The notes beneath the pieces are model-generated. The model had not been told where the DNA came from. It worked only from the letters and a program-made list of their open reading frames with translations, and did no database searches. From NCBI GenBank assembly GCA_020639315.1, contig JACKGM010000002.1:30321-94320 (forward strand): a DNA stretch of 64,000 bases, given 5' to 3'. How positions within the stretch are numbered: position 1 is the stretch's first letter; the number at the start of each line of letters is the position of its first letter. The position numbers and the translations under genes were made by a program. The DNA is from Candidatus Nomurabacteria bacterium (GTDB lineage: Bacteria; Patescibacteriota; Saccharimonadia; JAGOAT01). Positions 8,873 through 18,218 of this stretch are shown piece by piece.

Positions 8873-9200
8873 TATAGCCCCCGAAAAACAAAACCTGTAC
8901 TTTTGACTGTATCTTATGGTCTATAGAGCAAGCTAAAACCAAAACCAGACTTTTGACCCAACTCTAGAGTCTATAAAGCTAGTTTTCTTACTCACCATAT
9001 CTATGGATATGGCTCTTAAGAAGAACTACCTTTCTAGTTCTCTATAGTACAGCTCAAATTGTCCGGTTTTGTTTTGAGCTTGCTATAACTGCCACTATTG
9101 CTCCTCACCATATCTACGGATATGATTTGTCACAATAGTGACAATTCTAGATCGATAATCTATCACCCAAAACAAACAGGTTTTGTTGTAGGCGGCTATA
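8873..9200. mobile_element. MITE-B1 copy interrupted by a nested MITE-B2
   Basis: The outer halves match the intact 167-bp B1 copies (33214..33380, 41715..41881). They are split at ggtctata^actg. Confidence 0.8.
8922..9087. mobile_element. MITE-B2 copy nested inside MITE-B1
   Basis: tatagagcaagct...gagcttgctata; homologous to 21903..22061 and 53118..53281; TATA on both sides. Confidence 0.8.
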
Positions 9201-9247
9201 GTGATATGATGAGTATACTAAATATTTAAAGATGGAGGAAAAAAAAG

Positions 9248-9541
9248 ATGTTTGATAAAGCCAAAATGATTAATCAGATGCGTAAGTTGCAAAAAGAGCT
9301 AAAAAAGCTCGAAATGACTGGTGAAGCTGGTGATGGCAAGGTCAAGGTCACTGCCAACGGTGAGCAAAAGATTGTCAGTATAGAGATAGATCCCAGTATT
9401 TTGAACGAGGAAAATAAAAACTCGATCGAAAACTGGATCAAATCTGCTACCAACCAAGCTTTTAGTCAAGTCCAGGTGGAGGCTGCCGAAAAGATGAAGG
9501 CTATGCCTGGTATGGACAAGCTCGGGATCCCAGGCCTTTAG
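9248..9541 (+). CDS. ybaB: YbaB/EbfC nucleoid-associated protein
   Basis: 97 aa, family-typical sequence, GGAGG SD. Confidence 0.85.
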   Translation: MFDKAKMINQMRKLQKELKKLEMTGEAGDGKVKVTANGEQKIVSIEIDPSILNEENKNSIENWIKSATNQAFSQVQVEAAEKMKAMPGMDKLGIPGL

Positions 9542-9548
9542 GTCATCG

Positions 9549-10136
9549 ATGCTACCGAAGGTACTCTCACAGCTAGTCGAGGAACTGAATCGATTGCCAA
9601 GTATTGGCAATCGTAGTGCCCAGAGGCTAGCTTTGGCAATTGCCAAAGATGACTACACTAGCCTAGCTCAGGCTATCTTAGATCTTAAGCAAGGGCTAAT
9701 GATTTGTCAGTATTGTCAAAATTATGCAGACCAAAAAACTTGCCAGATATGCCTTGATCCCAAGCGAGAGTCAGATAGATTGCTGATAGTTTCTAGCCCG
9801 ACAGATCTGATTGCGATCGAAAAGACCAATAATTATCGTGGTTTGTACTTTGTATTGCATGGACTAGTCTCTCCGCTCAATGGCGTGACAGAATTAGATT
9901 TGCGATTTGATTTATTGCAAGCAATGATCAAGGGCAATCAGATTGAAGAAGTGATTGTCGCGACCAATGCTAGCCTGGATGGTGAGACTACGGCTCTGTA
10001 TATTGCCAAGGCTTTGGCAGAGTTTAGTCAGCTCAAGGTTAGTAAGCTTGCCCAGGGGATGCCAATGGGTGGGGATATTGATTATACGGATCAATTGACC
10101 CTGACTAGAGCGATCGAGAATCGTCAGGTGATATAG
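9549..10136 (+). CDS. recR: recombination protein RecR
   Basis: LPSIGNRSAQRLA HhH, C4 zinc finger, Toprim domain. Confidence 0.92.
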   Translation: MLPKVLSQLVEELNRLPSIGNRSAQRLALAIAKDDYTSLAQAILDLKQGLMICQYCQNYADQKTCQICLDPKRESDRLLIVSSPTDLIAIEKTNNYRGLYFVLHGLVSPLNGVTELDLRFDLLQAMIKGNQIEEVIVATNASLDGETTALYIAKALAEFSQLKVSKLAQGMPMGGDIDYTDQLTLTRAIENRQVI

Positions 10137-10157
10137 GCTAGGAGGCCAGATTGGTAT

Positions 10158-10320
10158 TAACCCTGTTGCCATATAACCTCACGGCTTCAAAACTGCCATT
10201 TTTGCCCCAGAATAACAAAACACTTCGCAGCGTAACTCCTGTTATGCTTTGTCGTGTTTTGGTATTCTGGAATAAAAATCATCAGTTTTGACCTCGCAAG
10301 GTTATATGGCAACAGGGTTA
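10158..10320 (-). mobile_element. MITE-A copy 3 (163 bp)
   Basis: Same family and orientation as copy 2. Confidence 0.85.
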
Positions 10321-10412
10321 ATGCCCTCCGCGTGTCATCTTCGGATTACCCTTTAGGGTAATACCGGAGATCCAGTATTTGAGTTCTGTATTAGACATCC
10401 AGTATTTGAGTT
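10321..10412. repeat. REP-like module (ATCTTCGG outer-stem type) plus partial arm
   Basis: tgtcatcttcggattaccctttagggtaataccggagatccagtattt at 10333..10380. Confidence 0.8.
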
Positions 10413-10457
10413 GAGTCAAAGACTATAGGATTTGATTACGGTCTGATAGGGGGTCTG

Positions 10458-10466
10458 TGCTATAAT
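10458..10466 (+). promoter_or_regulatory. extended -10 (TGCTATAAT) 7 nt upstream of the ATG; near-leaderless
   Basis: tgctataat cactctt ATG; no SD. Confidence 0.5.
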
Positions 10467-10473
10467 CACTCTT

Positions 10474-11484
10474 ATGTTAGATAAAAATTTACTCAAGCAA
10501 CTAGAAAGTTTGGTCAATAATTCTCAGGGTATTTTGATACTGGCACCAGATAGTCCAGATGGAGATAGTGTTGGGTCAAATCTGGCTCTGCTAAGTAGCT
10601 GGCAACTACTTGGCAAGCAAGTCTTCTGGTATGGTGATCGAGGTAATGACCCTGGATACAGCTATATCAAAGGTAATGATCTCTGTCAATTTAGTAAAAA
10701 TCTCAAGCAGATTAAGGGAAGATTTGATCTAGTATTCCAGATGGATGCTGGATCATCCCAGCAATTTGAGAAGACCTACCAGTCCAACCCTTGGCTTGAG
10801 GAAATTAAAACTGTGACGATTGATCACCATGGATCACGCAATGGTGAGCAAACTGACTTGATGATAGTTGATCCTACGGCAGCAGCTAATACTATTTTGG
10901 TATTTGATATTATTAGGGCTTTAGGTTGGCCAATTGATCAAGATATCGCAGAATACTTGATGATCGGGATTTACGCAGATACAGCTGGATTTATCAATGC
11001 TAATACTGATGCCAGGTCATATCAAGCCGCCGCTGACTTGATGAAGTATCAAGTAGACCCTCATCGTTTATATCGAGAACATATCGAAGGTCAGGCCCTA
11101 GATCATATTGCGCTGACTAGGCTTCATAAGATTATGTCAAACAACGTTGTAAAAAGAGGGGTTGTGGCCTTTGCCCATATAGACAATAGTGATATCCAGG
11201 ACCTAGATCCTGGTCACCATATCTCACACCGTGTGATGTCTCATCTCGATCACCTAAAGGGAGTGAGGGTCAGGTTTGTCGTTTCCGAAGTCGATACCAA
11301 CCAGTACAAGATCTCATTTCGTTCGACTACAGAGTATGATGTCAGCAAGGTAGCTGAAAAGTTTTCTGGAGGAGGGCATAAGGTAGCTGCTGGTGCCAAG
11401 CTTGATGGTCCAGAGACGGTAGTGCAGGCAGCTGAACAGATATACCAAGTACTAATAGAGGAATTGGGAATTGAAGCAGCTTAG
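10474..11484 (+). CDS. DHH-family phosphoesterase (NrnA-like oligoribonuclease/pAp phosphatase)
   Basis: DGDSVGS, DHH, GGGH motifs; 336 aa. Confidence 0.8.
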   Translation: MLDKNLLKQLESLVNNSQGILILAPDSPDGDSVGSNLALLSSWQLLGKQVFWYGDRGNDPGYSYIKGNDLCQFSKNLKQIKGRFDLVFQMDAGSSQQFEKTYQSNPWLEEIKTVTIDHHGSRNGEQTDLMIVDPTAAANTILVFDIIRALGWPIDQDIAEYLMIGIYADTAGFINANTDARSYQAAADLMKYQVDPHRLYREHIEGQALDHIALTRLHKIMSNNVVKRGVVAFAHIDNSDIQDLDPGHHISHRVMSHLDHLKGVRVRFVVSEVDTNQYKISFRSTTEYDVSKVAEKFSGGGHKVAAGAKLDGPETVVQAAEQIYQVLIEELGIEAA

Positions 11485-13063
11485 GTTTTATAATAGCCTT
11501 GGCAATCAATTGCAAGATTTTGAGTCGATTGATCAGAAATCTATCAGATACTATCACTGTGGTCCGACTCCTTATGATTATGCTCATATCGGCAATTTTC
11601 GGAGTTTTTTGTTTGCCGATACATTGATCAGGGCATTAAGATTTGCTGATTATTCAGTCGAGGCAGTAATCAATATAACAGATATTGAAGATAAGCTGAT
11701 TGTCAAAGCCAAAGCTGAACTCGACTTACGCAAAACCTCGGATACTCCAGGCTTGCCTCCCGAAGATTCAGAAGTTCTTTTGTCTGATGGAAGCGATGCC
11801 GATGCATCGGTGACAGCATTAAAAAGTAGGTTGGACTTCGGGGGCGATTCTGGGGATGCAAGGATTTTGTGTAAGTCGAGTGAATTGTCTGAGGATGCAA
11901 CTGATCAAGAATTGCTCGACCAGGTCAAGCAGATTGCAAGGCGTTATGCTGAGATATTTTTTGATGATCTGGACAAGCTCAATATCAAAAGGTCAGATTT
12001 TGATCATATAGTTTGGGCGACTGATCATATTGCCGCAATGCAAACTATGATTTTGGGATTACTTGATCGGAAGCTAGCTTATCCAGGCATAGATGGGATA
12101 TATTTTGATATCAAGGCTTATATTGGGCAAGGTCACAAATATGGTCAGCTAGTTGAGCTCGATCTTTCGAAATTGATGCCAAGTGTGATTGAAGATGAAT
12201 ATGACAAGGAAAATGTTGCTGATTTTGCACTCTGGAAGTTTCAGGTGGATAATGAGCCTGCTTGGGATTTTATCTTGGGCAATGGGATAAACTTGCGAGG
12301 TAGACCAGGATGGCATATCGAGTGTTCAGCAATGAGCACTGAGTATCTTGGCAATTACTTTGATTTGCATACCGGCGGAGAAGATTTGAAATTTCCTCAT
12401 CATGAGAACGAGATTGCTCAATGTCAAGGAAGACAAGCCCAATACTATTTGCATAATGCAATGCTGATGGTCGAGGGTCAAAAGATGAGCAAAAGTCTAG
12501 GTAATGTCTTAAAGCTAGCTGATCTCGAAGATCCAATAGCCTTTCGTCATCAAGTGCTTAGTACTCACTACCGTTCGATCATGGATTTTAGCTACTCCTC
12601 TCACCAGGCATCAATTCAGGCTTTGCAAAATATGCGTACCAAGTATAGCAAGGTCTTGTATGCTAACAGGGAACAGATCAATAGTCGTACAATTGATATC
12701 AACTCGGTTTTGGATCAAAAAACACTCGAAGAATTTTATCGAGATTTTAGAGAAGCAATCTATGATGATTTGGCAACACCCCGTGCTTTGGCAAGTCTGT
12801 CAAAGCTAGTCAAGTCAGAAAGCTTAGATCCAAGTATTCTGGAAGCAATGTCTTGGGCAGATCAAGTCTTGGGTCTAAACTTAGCAACTGAATATCAAGC
12901 TTTTGATCTAGCGGAGATTAAGCTAATCGACCAGCGTAATGATGCTAGGGTCAAGCAAGACTACCAGACTTCTGACCGGGTAAAGTCAAGCCTACTTGAC
13001 CAGTATCGAATTGATTCTGTGGATCTTGGTCAAGAGGTCAGTCTGTATTATCGTTTAAGCTAA
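11471..13063 (+). CDS. cysS: cysteine--tRNA ligase carrying an in-frame ~55-codon MITE-C insertion
   Basis: HIGN and KMSKS motifs. About 55 extra residues after NITDIEDKLIVKAKA relative to E. coli CysRS. Confidence 0.9.
   Translation: MKQLRFYNSLGNQLQDFESIDQKSIRYYHCGPTPYDYAHIGNFRSFLFADTLIRALRFADYSVEAVINITDIEDKLIVKAKAELDLRKTSDTPGLPPEDSEVLLSDGSDADASVTALKSRLDFGGDSGDARILCKSSELSEDATDQELLDQVKQIARRYAEIFFDDLDKLNIKRSDFDHIVWATDHIAAMQTMILGLLDRKLAYPGIDGIYFDIKAYIGQGHKYGQLVELDLSKLMPSVIEDEYDKENVADFALWKFQVDNEPAWDFILGNGINLRGRPGWHIECSAMSTEYLGNYFDLHTGGEDLKFPHHENEIAQCQGRQAQYYLHNAMLMVEGQKMSKSLGNVLKLADLEDPIAFRHQVLSTHYRSIMDFSYSSHQASIQALQNMRTKYSKVLYANREQINSRTIDINSVLDQKTLEEFYRDFREAIYDDLATPRALASLSKLVKSESLDPSILEAMSWADQVLGLNLATEYQAFDLAEIKLIDQRNDARVKQDYQTSDRVKSSLLDQYRIDSVDLGQEVSLYYRLS
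11719..11881 (+). mobile_element. MITE-C copy 1 (163 bp) inside the cysS ORF
   Basis: actcgacttacgcaaaac...ttttgtgtaagtcgagt; reverse-complement homolog of intergenic 35355..35517; GA on both flanks. Confidence 0.8.
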
Positions 13064-14466
13064 TGAGATTGTTTTTTCAGGGAATCAAAGGTGTAGGGCA
13101 AGCCAACCTAGCATTGATTGCCAAAAAAATGGGTCATGAGGTATCGGGATCAGATCTGTCTGAACTTTTTATTACTGATCAAATGTTAGAACAGGCAGGG
13201 GTTGAGATTTACCCCTTGGATTGGTTGGAATTATCTCAAATCGATAGTTTTGTCTATTCGGCTGCTCATCAAGGGTTGGCTAGTCCTCAGGGCAATAAAG
13301 CACTTGAATTAGGCATCGAGACTATCCACCAGTCTGAATTGATTCATTGGCTAGAGCAGCAGTTTAAGATTTCGATTGCAATTGCTGGCACCCATGGCAA
13401 GACTGGTACTACATCACTCCTGGCTTATACTCTGGCAAGATTGGAGCCAGATTTAGCTTATATGATTGGATCAAGTGCTAGTAAAATGCCGAGTGGGCAT
13501 TTCGGGGGCAAAGAGTATTTTGTCTATGAAGCCGATGAATACGGGGTAATGCCACCAGTAGACTTGCGATCCAAGCTGGATCTGATTAGTCCGGATATCT
13601 GCCTAGTAACTTCGATCGATTTTGATCACCCTGATGTGTTTGAGGGTTTAGACCAAGTGAAGCAGACTTTTATCAGATTGGCTGATCGGATTGCTGAAAA
13701 AAATGGCCTAATCATCTATTGTGCCGATGATCAAAATTCTGTCAAGACCTTTACTGGGTCCAGGGTTAAAACCGTTGATTTTGGTTATCAAGCAAAACAG
13801 GTTAGGATTCAGTCAGTCAAGGTTAGTCAAAGTCAGACAGAAGTAAATATAGTTTTTGATCTGATTACTAGGTCCAACCGACGGGTTAATCAGGCTAGAC
13901 AATTCCAACTACCAATTTTCGGTAAGAAACTAATCGGTAACGCTGCTGGGGTGATTGGTTTGCTAGTTTGGCTTGATTATCCTTTTGACCTGGTAGCAGA
14001 GATAATCAAAAGTTTTCCTGGGATCAGGCGTAGGCAGGAGTTGATCGCTGTGACTAGGGATGATAATTATTTTTTTGATGACTATGGTCATCACCCATTA
14101 GAGATCAAAACGGTGATCGATAGTATCAAGTCTAGATTACCCGACCGCAGATTGATTATTGTCTTCCAGGCTCACTCTTTTTCGAGGACAGTGGCTTTTG
14201 CTCGGGAGTTTGTCGAGGCTTTGACTGAAGCCGATATTGTGATCAACTTGCCAATATTTGCTTCAGCTAGAGAAAAGGCAGAAGATTTTAAGGAGCTTGA
14301 TTTGGTCAAACTGGCTCAAGATCAGGGATACAGTCAATTTTTTGCAGCCGAGAAGATCAGTCAAGCAGCTGATTTAGTCAGACAAAATATTAGTCCTGGT
14401 GGCATTGTTCTTAGCCTAGGCGCAGGTGAGAGCTATAAATTGTTTGATTACTTAGAGACTAGATAG
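13063..14466 (+). CDS. murC: UDP-N-acetylmuramate--L-alanine ligase
   Basis: GIKGVG...SGSD N-terminus, AGTHGKTGTTS P-loop. Confidence 0.85.
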   Translation: MRLFFQGIKGVGQANLALIAKKMGHEVSGSDLSELFITDQMLEQAGVEIYPLDWLELSQIDSFVYSAAHQGLASPQGNKALELGIETIHQSELIHWLEQQFKISIAIAGTHGKTGTTSLLAYTLARLEPDLAYMIGSSASKMPSGHFGGKEYFVYEADEYGVMPPVDLRSKLDLISPDICLVTSIDFDHPDVFEGLDQVKQTFIRLADRIAEKNGLIIYCADDQNSVKTFTGSRVKTVDFGYQAKQVRIQSVKVSQSQTEVNIVFDLITRSNRRVNQARQFQLPIFGKKLIGNAAGVIGLLVWLDYPFDLVAEIIKSFPGIRRRQELIAVTRDDNYFFDDYGHHPLEIKTVIDSIKSRLPDRRLIIVFQAHSFSRTVAFAREFVEALTEADIVINLPIFASAREKAEDFKELDLVKLAQDQGYSQFFAAEKISQAADLVRQNISPGGIVLSLGAGESYKLFDYLETR

Positions 14467-14467
14467 T

Positions 14468-15466
14468 ATGAAATTAAAAATTGAGCACCAATTTGATTTA
14501 TCTGATTGTAATACGCTCGGGTTAAGAGCAAGTGCTAAAAGTTTTGCACAGATTGACAGCCAAAAACAACTGGAAGTTTTGACCCATCAGTATCAAGGGC
14601 AGTCAATTCGTGTCTTGGGTTCTGGCTCAAATACTGTTTTGGCCAGTGATTTGATCGATGGGTTGGTATTACGGTTTGCCAATCAGGAGGTTAAGCTAAT
14701 CAGTCAAGATCAAGATATTAGCGTGATTGAGGTCGGGGCTGGTATGATTTGGGATCAATTTGTAGAGTGGTCAGTCGATCAGGGTTTTGCTGGACTAGAA
14801 TCACTTAGTCTAATCCCAGGTACTGTAGGTTCAAGCGTGATTCAGAACATTGGAGCTTATGGGTATCAGTCTGGTGATTATGTTGCCTATGTTAGAGTTT
14901 GGGACAATCTAAAAAGAGCTTGGAAAATACTTCCAAAGGGTGAAATTAACTTTGCCTATCGGGACAGTATCTTTAAGCGGGATCGACAACTTTTGGTCTA
15001 TAGCGTTGGATTTGCTCTCAAGTACGGTGATTTGGCTGAAGTAAGGTATGGCAATATTTTTAGTCAGTCAGAGAATATCAGGGTAAGTCCCGCTCAGCTA
15101 AGGGCACGAGTGATCAAGGTTAGGATGAGTAAATTTGGTGATATTGCTACCAACCCCAGTGCTGGATCATTTTTTCACAACCCTTTTATCACCAAACAAC
15201 ATCTAGAGAAGCTTCAATCCCAGTATCCAGATATAGTACATTTTGATCATTTTGGACAAGAGAAAGTAGCTGCTGGCTGGCTGATCGAGCAATTGGGCTA
15301 CAAGGGTCAGACGATTGATGGTTGGGAGGTTTCTGCCAAAAATGCTTTGGTCTTAATCAACCGGGGTGGTTCAGCAAAGAACCTAATCAATTTAGCTAGT
15401 AAAATTCAAGAGGAAGTTAGAAAAAAGTTTACGATTGATTTAGAAATTGAGCCAACAATCTGGTAA
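14468..15466 (+). CDS. murB: UDP-N-acetylenolpyruvoylglucosamine reductase
   Basis: FAD-binding and MurB C-terminal similarity; follows murC. Confidence 0.85.
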   Translation: MKLKIEHQFDLSDCNTLGLRASAKSFAQIDSQKQLEVLTHQYQGQSIRVLGSGSNTVLASDLIDGLVLRFANQEVKLISQDQDISVIEVGAGMIWDQFVEWSVDQGFAGLESLSLIPGTVGSSVIQNIGAYGYQSGDYVAYVRVWDNLKRAWKILPKGEINFAYRDSIFKRDRQLLVYSVGFALKYGDLAEVRYGNIFSQSENIRVSPAQLRARVIKVRMSKFGDIATNPSAGSFFHNPFITKQHLEKLQSQYPDIVHFDHFGQEKVAAGWLIEQLGYKGQTIDGWEVSAKNALVLINRGGSAKNLINLASKIQEEVRKKFTIDLEIEPTIW

Positions 15467-15476
15467 GATATTAGCT

Positions 15477-16403
15477 ATGGGTAAAAAATACGATCTAATT
15501 ATCTTGGGCTCAGGTCCAGCAGGATTGACAGCAGCTATCTATGCTACTCGGGCCAAACTTAATACCTTGGTACTAGCCGGGGAGAACCCGGGTGGACAAT
15601 TGATCACTACTAGTGAGGTTGAAAACTTCCCAGGGTTTAGTCAGGGAATAATGGGGCCTGAGCTGATGCAGTCGATGGAAGATCAAGCTAAGCGTTTTGG
15701 TGCTGAGATTGCCCCAGAGCAGGCTGATCAAGTTGATTTTACTGGCGAGCAGAAGCTGATTGGGACTAGGGAAAATCACTATCAATCCCGGGCAGTAATC
15801 ATTGCTACGGGTGCTCGTGCCAAGTGGTTGGGAATTGATAGCGAGCAAAAATTTCAGGGTAAGGGGCTGTCAGCTTGCGCTACCTGTGATGGGTTTTTCT
15901 TCACCGATAAGAAGGTGGCCGTAGTCGGAGGTGGTGATAGTGCGATGGAAGAAGCCTTGACTTTGACCAAATACGCAAGCTCAGTCGATTTGATTCATAG
16001 AAAAGCTGAGTTTAGCGCTAGTAAGATTATGCAAGAACGAGTCCTAACTAATCCAAAGATCAAGATCCATTGGAATAGTAGTGTTGGTGAAATTCTAGGG
16101 GAGGAGTTTATCTCAGCCCTTAGGTTGGTGGATCCTGATAGCGGCAAACAAAGTCAGATACTTGAAGTCGATGGACTATTTATTGCAATCGGTCACCAAC
16201 CGGCTACTGAGGTCCTCAGGGGTCAATTGGAGCTTGATTCACTTGGCTATATCGTGACCAAGAATCAAGTCTTCAGTTCGATCAAGGGTGTATTTGCAGC
16301 CGGAGATGTAGTCGATCGGCGCTATCGTCAAGCGATTACAGCGGCTGGGCAAGGCTGTATGGCAGCTCTGGAAGTGGAAAGATATCTAGCAAATGAAGCT
16401 TAA
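15477..16403 (+). CDS. trxB: thioredoxin-disulfide reductase
   Basis: GSGPAG, CATCDG redox site. ATG 15477 preferred over the TTG at 15447. Confidence 0.9.
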   Translation: MGKKYDLIILGSGPAGLTAAIYATRAKLNTLVLAGENPGGQLITTSEVENFPGFSQGIMGPELMQSMEDQAKRFGAEIAPEQADQVDFTGEQKLIGTRENHYQSRAVIIATGARAKWLGIDSEQKFQGKGLSACATCDGFFFTDKKVAVVGGGDSAMEEALTLTKYASSVDLIHRKAEFSASKIMQERVLTNPKIKIHWNSSVGEILGEEFISALRLVDPDSGKQSQILEVDGLFIAIGHQPATEVLRGQLELDSLGYIVTKNQVFSSIKGVFAAGDVVDRRYRQAITAAGQGCMAALEVERYLANEA

Positions 16404-16869
16404 TAGGCTAAAGATTTTTGATGTCTGGAGACTGAGGATATTGATTGAAAAGTCTCTGGTCGAGTTTGATTATTACTCTGAGCAGAAACTAGCAAAGGTA
16501 AGATCTCAACACCAAATACCTTCGCTTCTCAAAGCCTGCATTGACTCTAGAAGAATTATCTATACTACTAAAGAGGGTAGTAAGATTGTCGGTTATTTGA
16601 TTGGCCATAATCAAGCAGAGCAAAGCTTTAGCCTTGATTGGTTATATATTGAGCCCAAATATCGAGGACAAGGTCTGGCTAAGGCTTTGCTTGAAAAGCT
16701 AGAACAAGATTTATCAGCTAGGGGTCTAGTAAAAATTGAATTAATTAGTTACAATGCTGGGAGGTATTATCAGCGTCTGGGGTATCAGTTTGTTTCTAAA
16801 ATCAAAGTCGATAATCAGCTGACAGTCGAGCAATATCAAAAGGGGATTAAAGGAGAATCTAGGGCATGA
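16393..16869 (+). CDS. GNAT family N-acetyltransferase
   Basis: YRGQGLAKALL acetyl-CoA motif. Confidence 0.75.
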   Translation: MKLNRLKIFDVWRLRILIEKSLVEFDYYSEQKLAKVRSQHQIPSLLKACIDSRRIIYTTKEGSKIVGYLIGHNQAEQSFSLDWLYIEPKYRGQGLAKALLEKLEQDLSARGLVKIELISYNAGRYYQRLGYQFVSKIKVDNQLTVEQYQKGIKGESRA

Positions 16870-18218
16870 ATTTTTCAAAATGGTTTTTTAGAATACTGAT
16901 CTTTGGGGAGGTAATTTTACTTTTAGCAGTATTGTGGTTTTTGTATGGACAGAGACAATTCGATTCACTTTTTGGTGGTAATCAGGCCGATTCGCCTGGG
17001 GAGAGTATTGTCGAGCGAATTATTAACCAGCCCAAACATGGTGAATTAGTCAGTGCAAGCAACCCTGAATATTTTGATTTGGCAAATACCAAAGCCCAGA
17101 TAGCTCAGACTAGGCAGACGATTGAGCCGGTTTATCAGGTGAGTAAGCAAGAGATAGTTTTTAGCTCACTTGGCAAAAGTGATCGAGAGATAGAATTGAA
17201 TGCCAGGGTTTATTTCCCTGACAATATAGAAGTAGCTAAGAAACTGCCCGTAGTGGTATTTGCTTCTGGCACTACTGGTATCAGTGATATTTGTGCCAAC
17301 TCCTTGGAGCAGCCAAACCTGGAGCCGACTGCGGTCAACAACTGGGGTAACTATCAGTCCCATATGATTGGCTATGCTTCCCAGGGATATATCATGGTAA
17401 TACCTGACTATGAAGGGATGAGGGATGCTGAGGATATTCATCACTATATGGTCGGAGAGTTAGAGGGAAGAGTGATGCTTGATGCCTTGAAGGCTAGCTG
17501 GGAAATGACTAGTATCAAACCAAATGTCGATCAGGATATGATTTTTATGGCTGGATACAGTCAGGGTGGTCAAGCAGTTTACTGGGCAGATAAGATTAGT
17601 CAAGACTATGCTAGTCTTGAGGTTGATGGGGTGATAGGGTTTGGACCCGTCAGTAGTGTGACCGATACCATCCTTGATATTGCCAAAAATGCTAATATTA
17701 ATTGGTTTACACCCTTTGTACTCTATAGCTACCGAGATTACTATAAACAGTCTTTTGATATTGAGCGGATACTATTACCGAACTATATTGCTAGCTTGGA
17801 TCAAGATATTGAAAGTACTTGTATTAGCTCAGCCTTGGGTAAGTGGCCTTGGAATGGTGGGTACTATAACCAAACTGTCGAAAATAACCGAAGCCAGCTC
17901 TATACCACTGAGTTTTTGGATGCGATTACTAGCGGCAACCTCTCGGGTTATGAGGAGTTGTTTGCAAAGACTGATGCCAATCAAGTAGGTAAGGATAAGA
18001 CTAATAGCTACAAATTGATTAATCAAGGTGAACAAGACAATGTGATCTTGCCTAGCCAGTCTGATAAGTTTTTTGAACGGCTTTGTGATGCTGGTAATAA
18101 TGTGACCTATGACAAGTACCCTACTACCCACTATGGCATTATGGCTACAAGTTTTGCCGATACGATTGCTTGGATGCAGAAGGTCTCAAAAGGAACTGTT
18201 ACTAGTCAGTGCCGTTAA
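16866..18218 (+). CDS. secreted alpha/beta hydrolase (lipase/esterase-like)
   Basis: N-terminal TM/signal anchor, GYSQGG nucleophile elbow. Confidence 0.6.
   Translation: MNFSKWFFRILIFGEVILLLAVLWFLYGQRQFDSLFGGNQADSPGESIVERIINQPKHGELVSASNPEYFDLANTKAQIAQTRQTIEPVYQVSKQEIVFSSLGKSDREIELNARVYFPDNIEVAKKLPVVVFASGTTGISDICANSLEQPNLEPTAVNNWGNYQSHMIGYASQGYIMVIPDYEGMRDAEDIHHYMVGELEGRVMLDALKASWEMTSIKPNVDQDMIFMAGYSQGGQAVYWADKISQDYASLEVDGVIGFGPVSSVTDTILDIAKNANINWFTPFVLYSYRDYYKQSFDIERILLPNYIASLDQDIESTCISSALGKWPWNGGYYNQTVENNRSQLYTTEFLDAITSGNLSGYEELFAKTDANQVGKDKTNSYKLINQGEQDNVILPSQSDKFFERLCDAGNNVTYDKYPTTHYGIMATSFADTIAWMQKVSKGTVTSQCR

Noticed and set aside
11719-11881. The cysS extra segment as an intein or a lineage-specific CysRS insertion domain
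   Set aside because: It is far too short for an intein and lacks intein motifs. Its nucleotide sequence is a full-length copy of an intergenic repeat (35355..35517) with matching termini.
17674-18131. Overlapping ORFs inside the lipase-like gene (17674..17988 plus strand, 17829..18131 minus strand), and similar small antisense ORFs listed throughout the track
   Set aside because: They are embedded in or antisense to well-supported genes. They have no family similarity and their composition is typical of out-of-frame translation.
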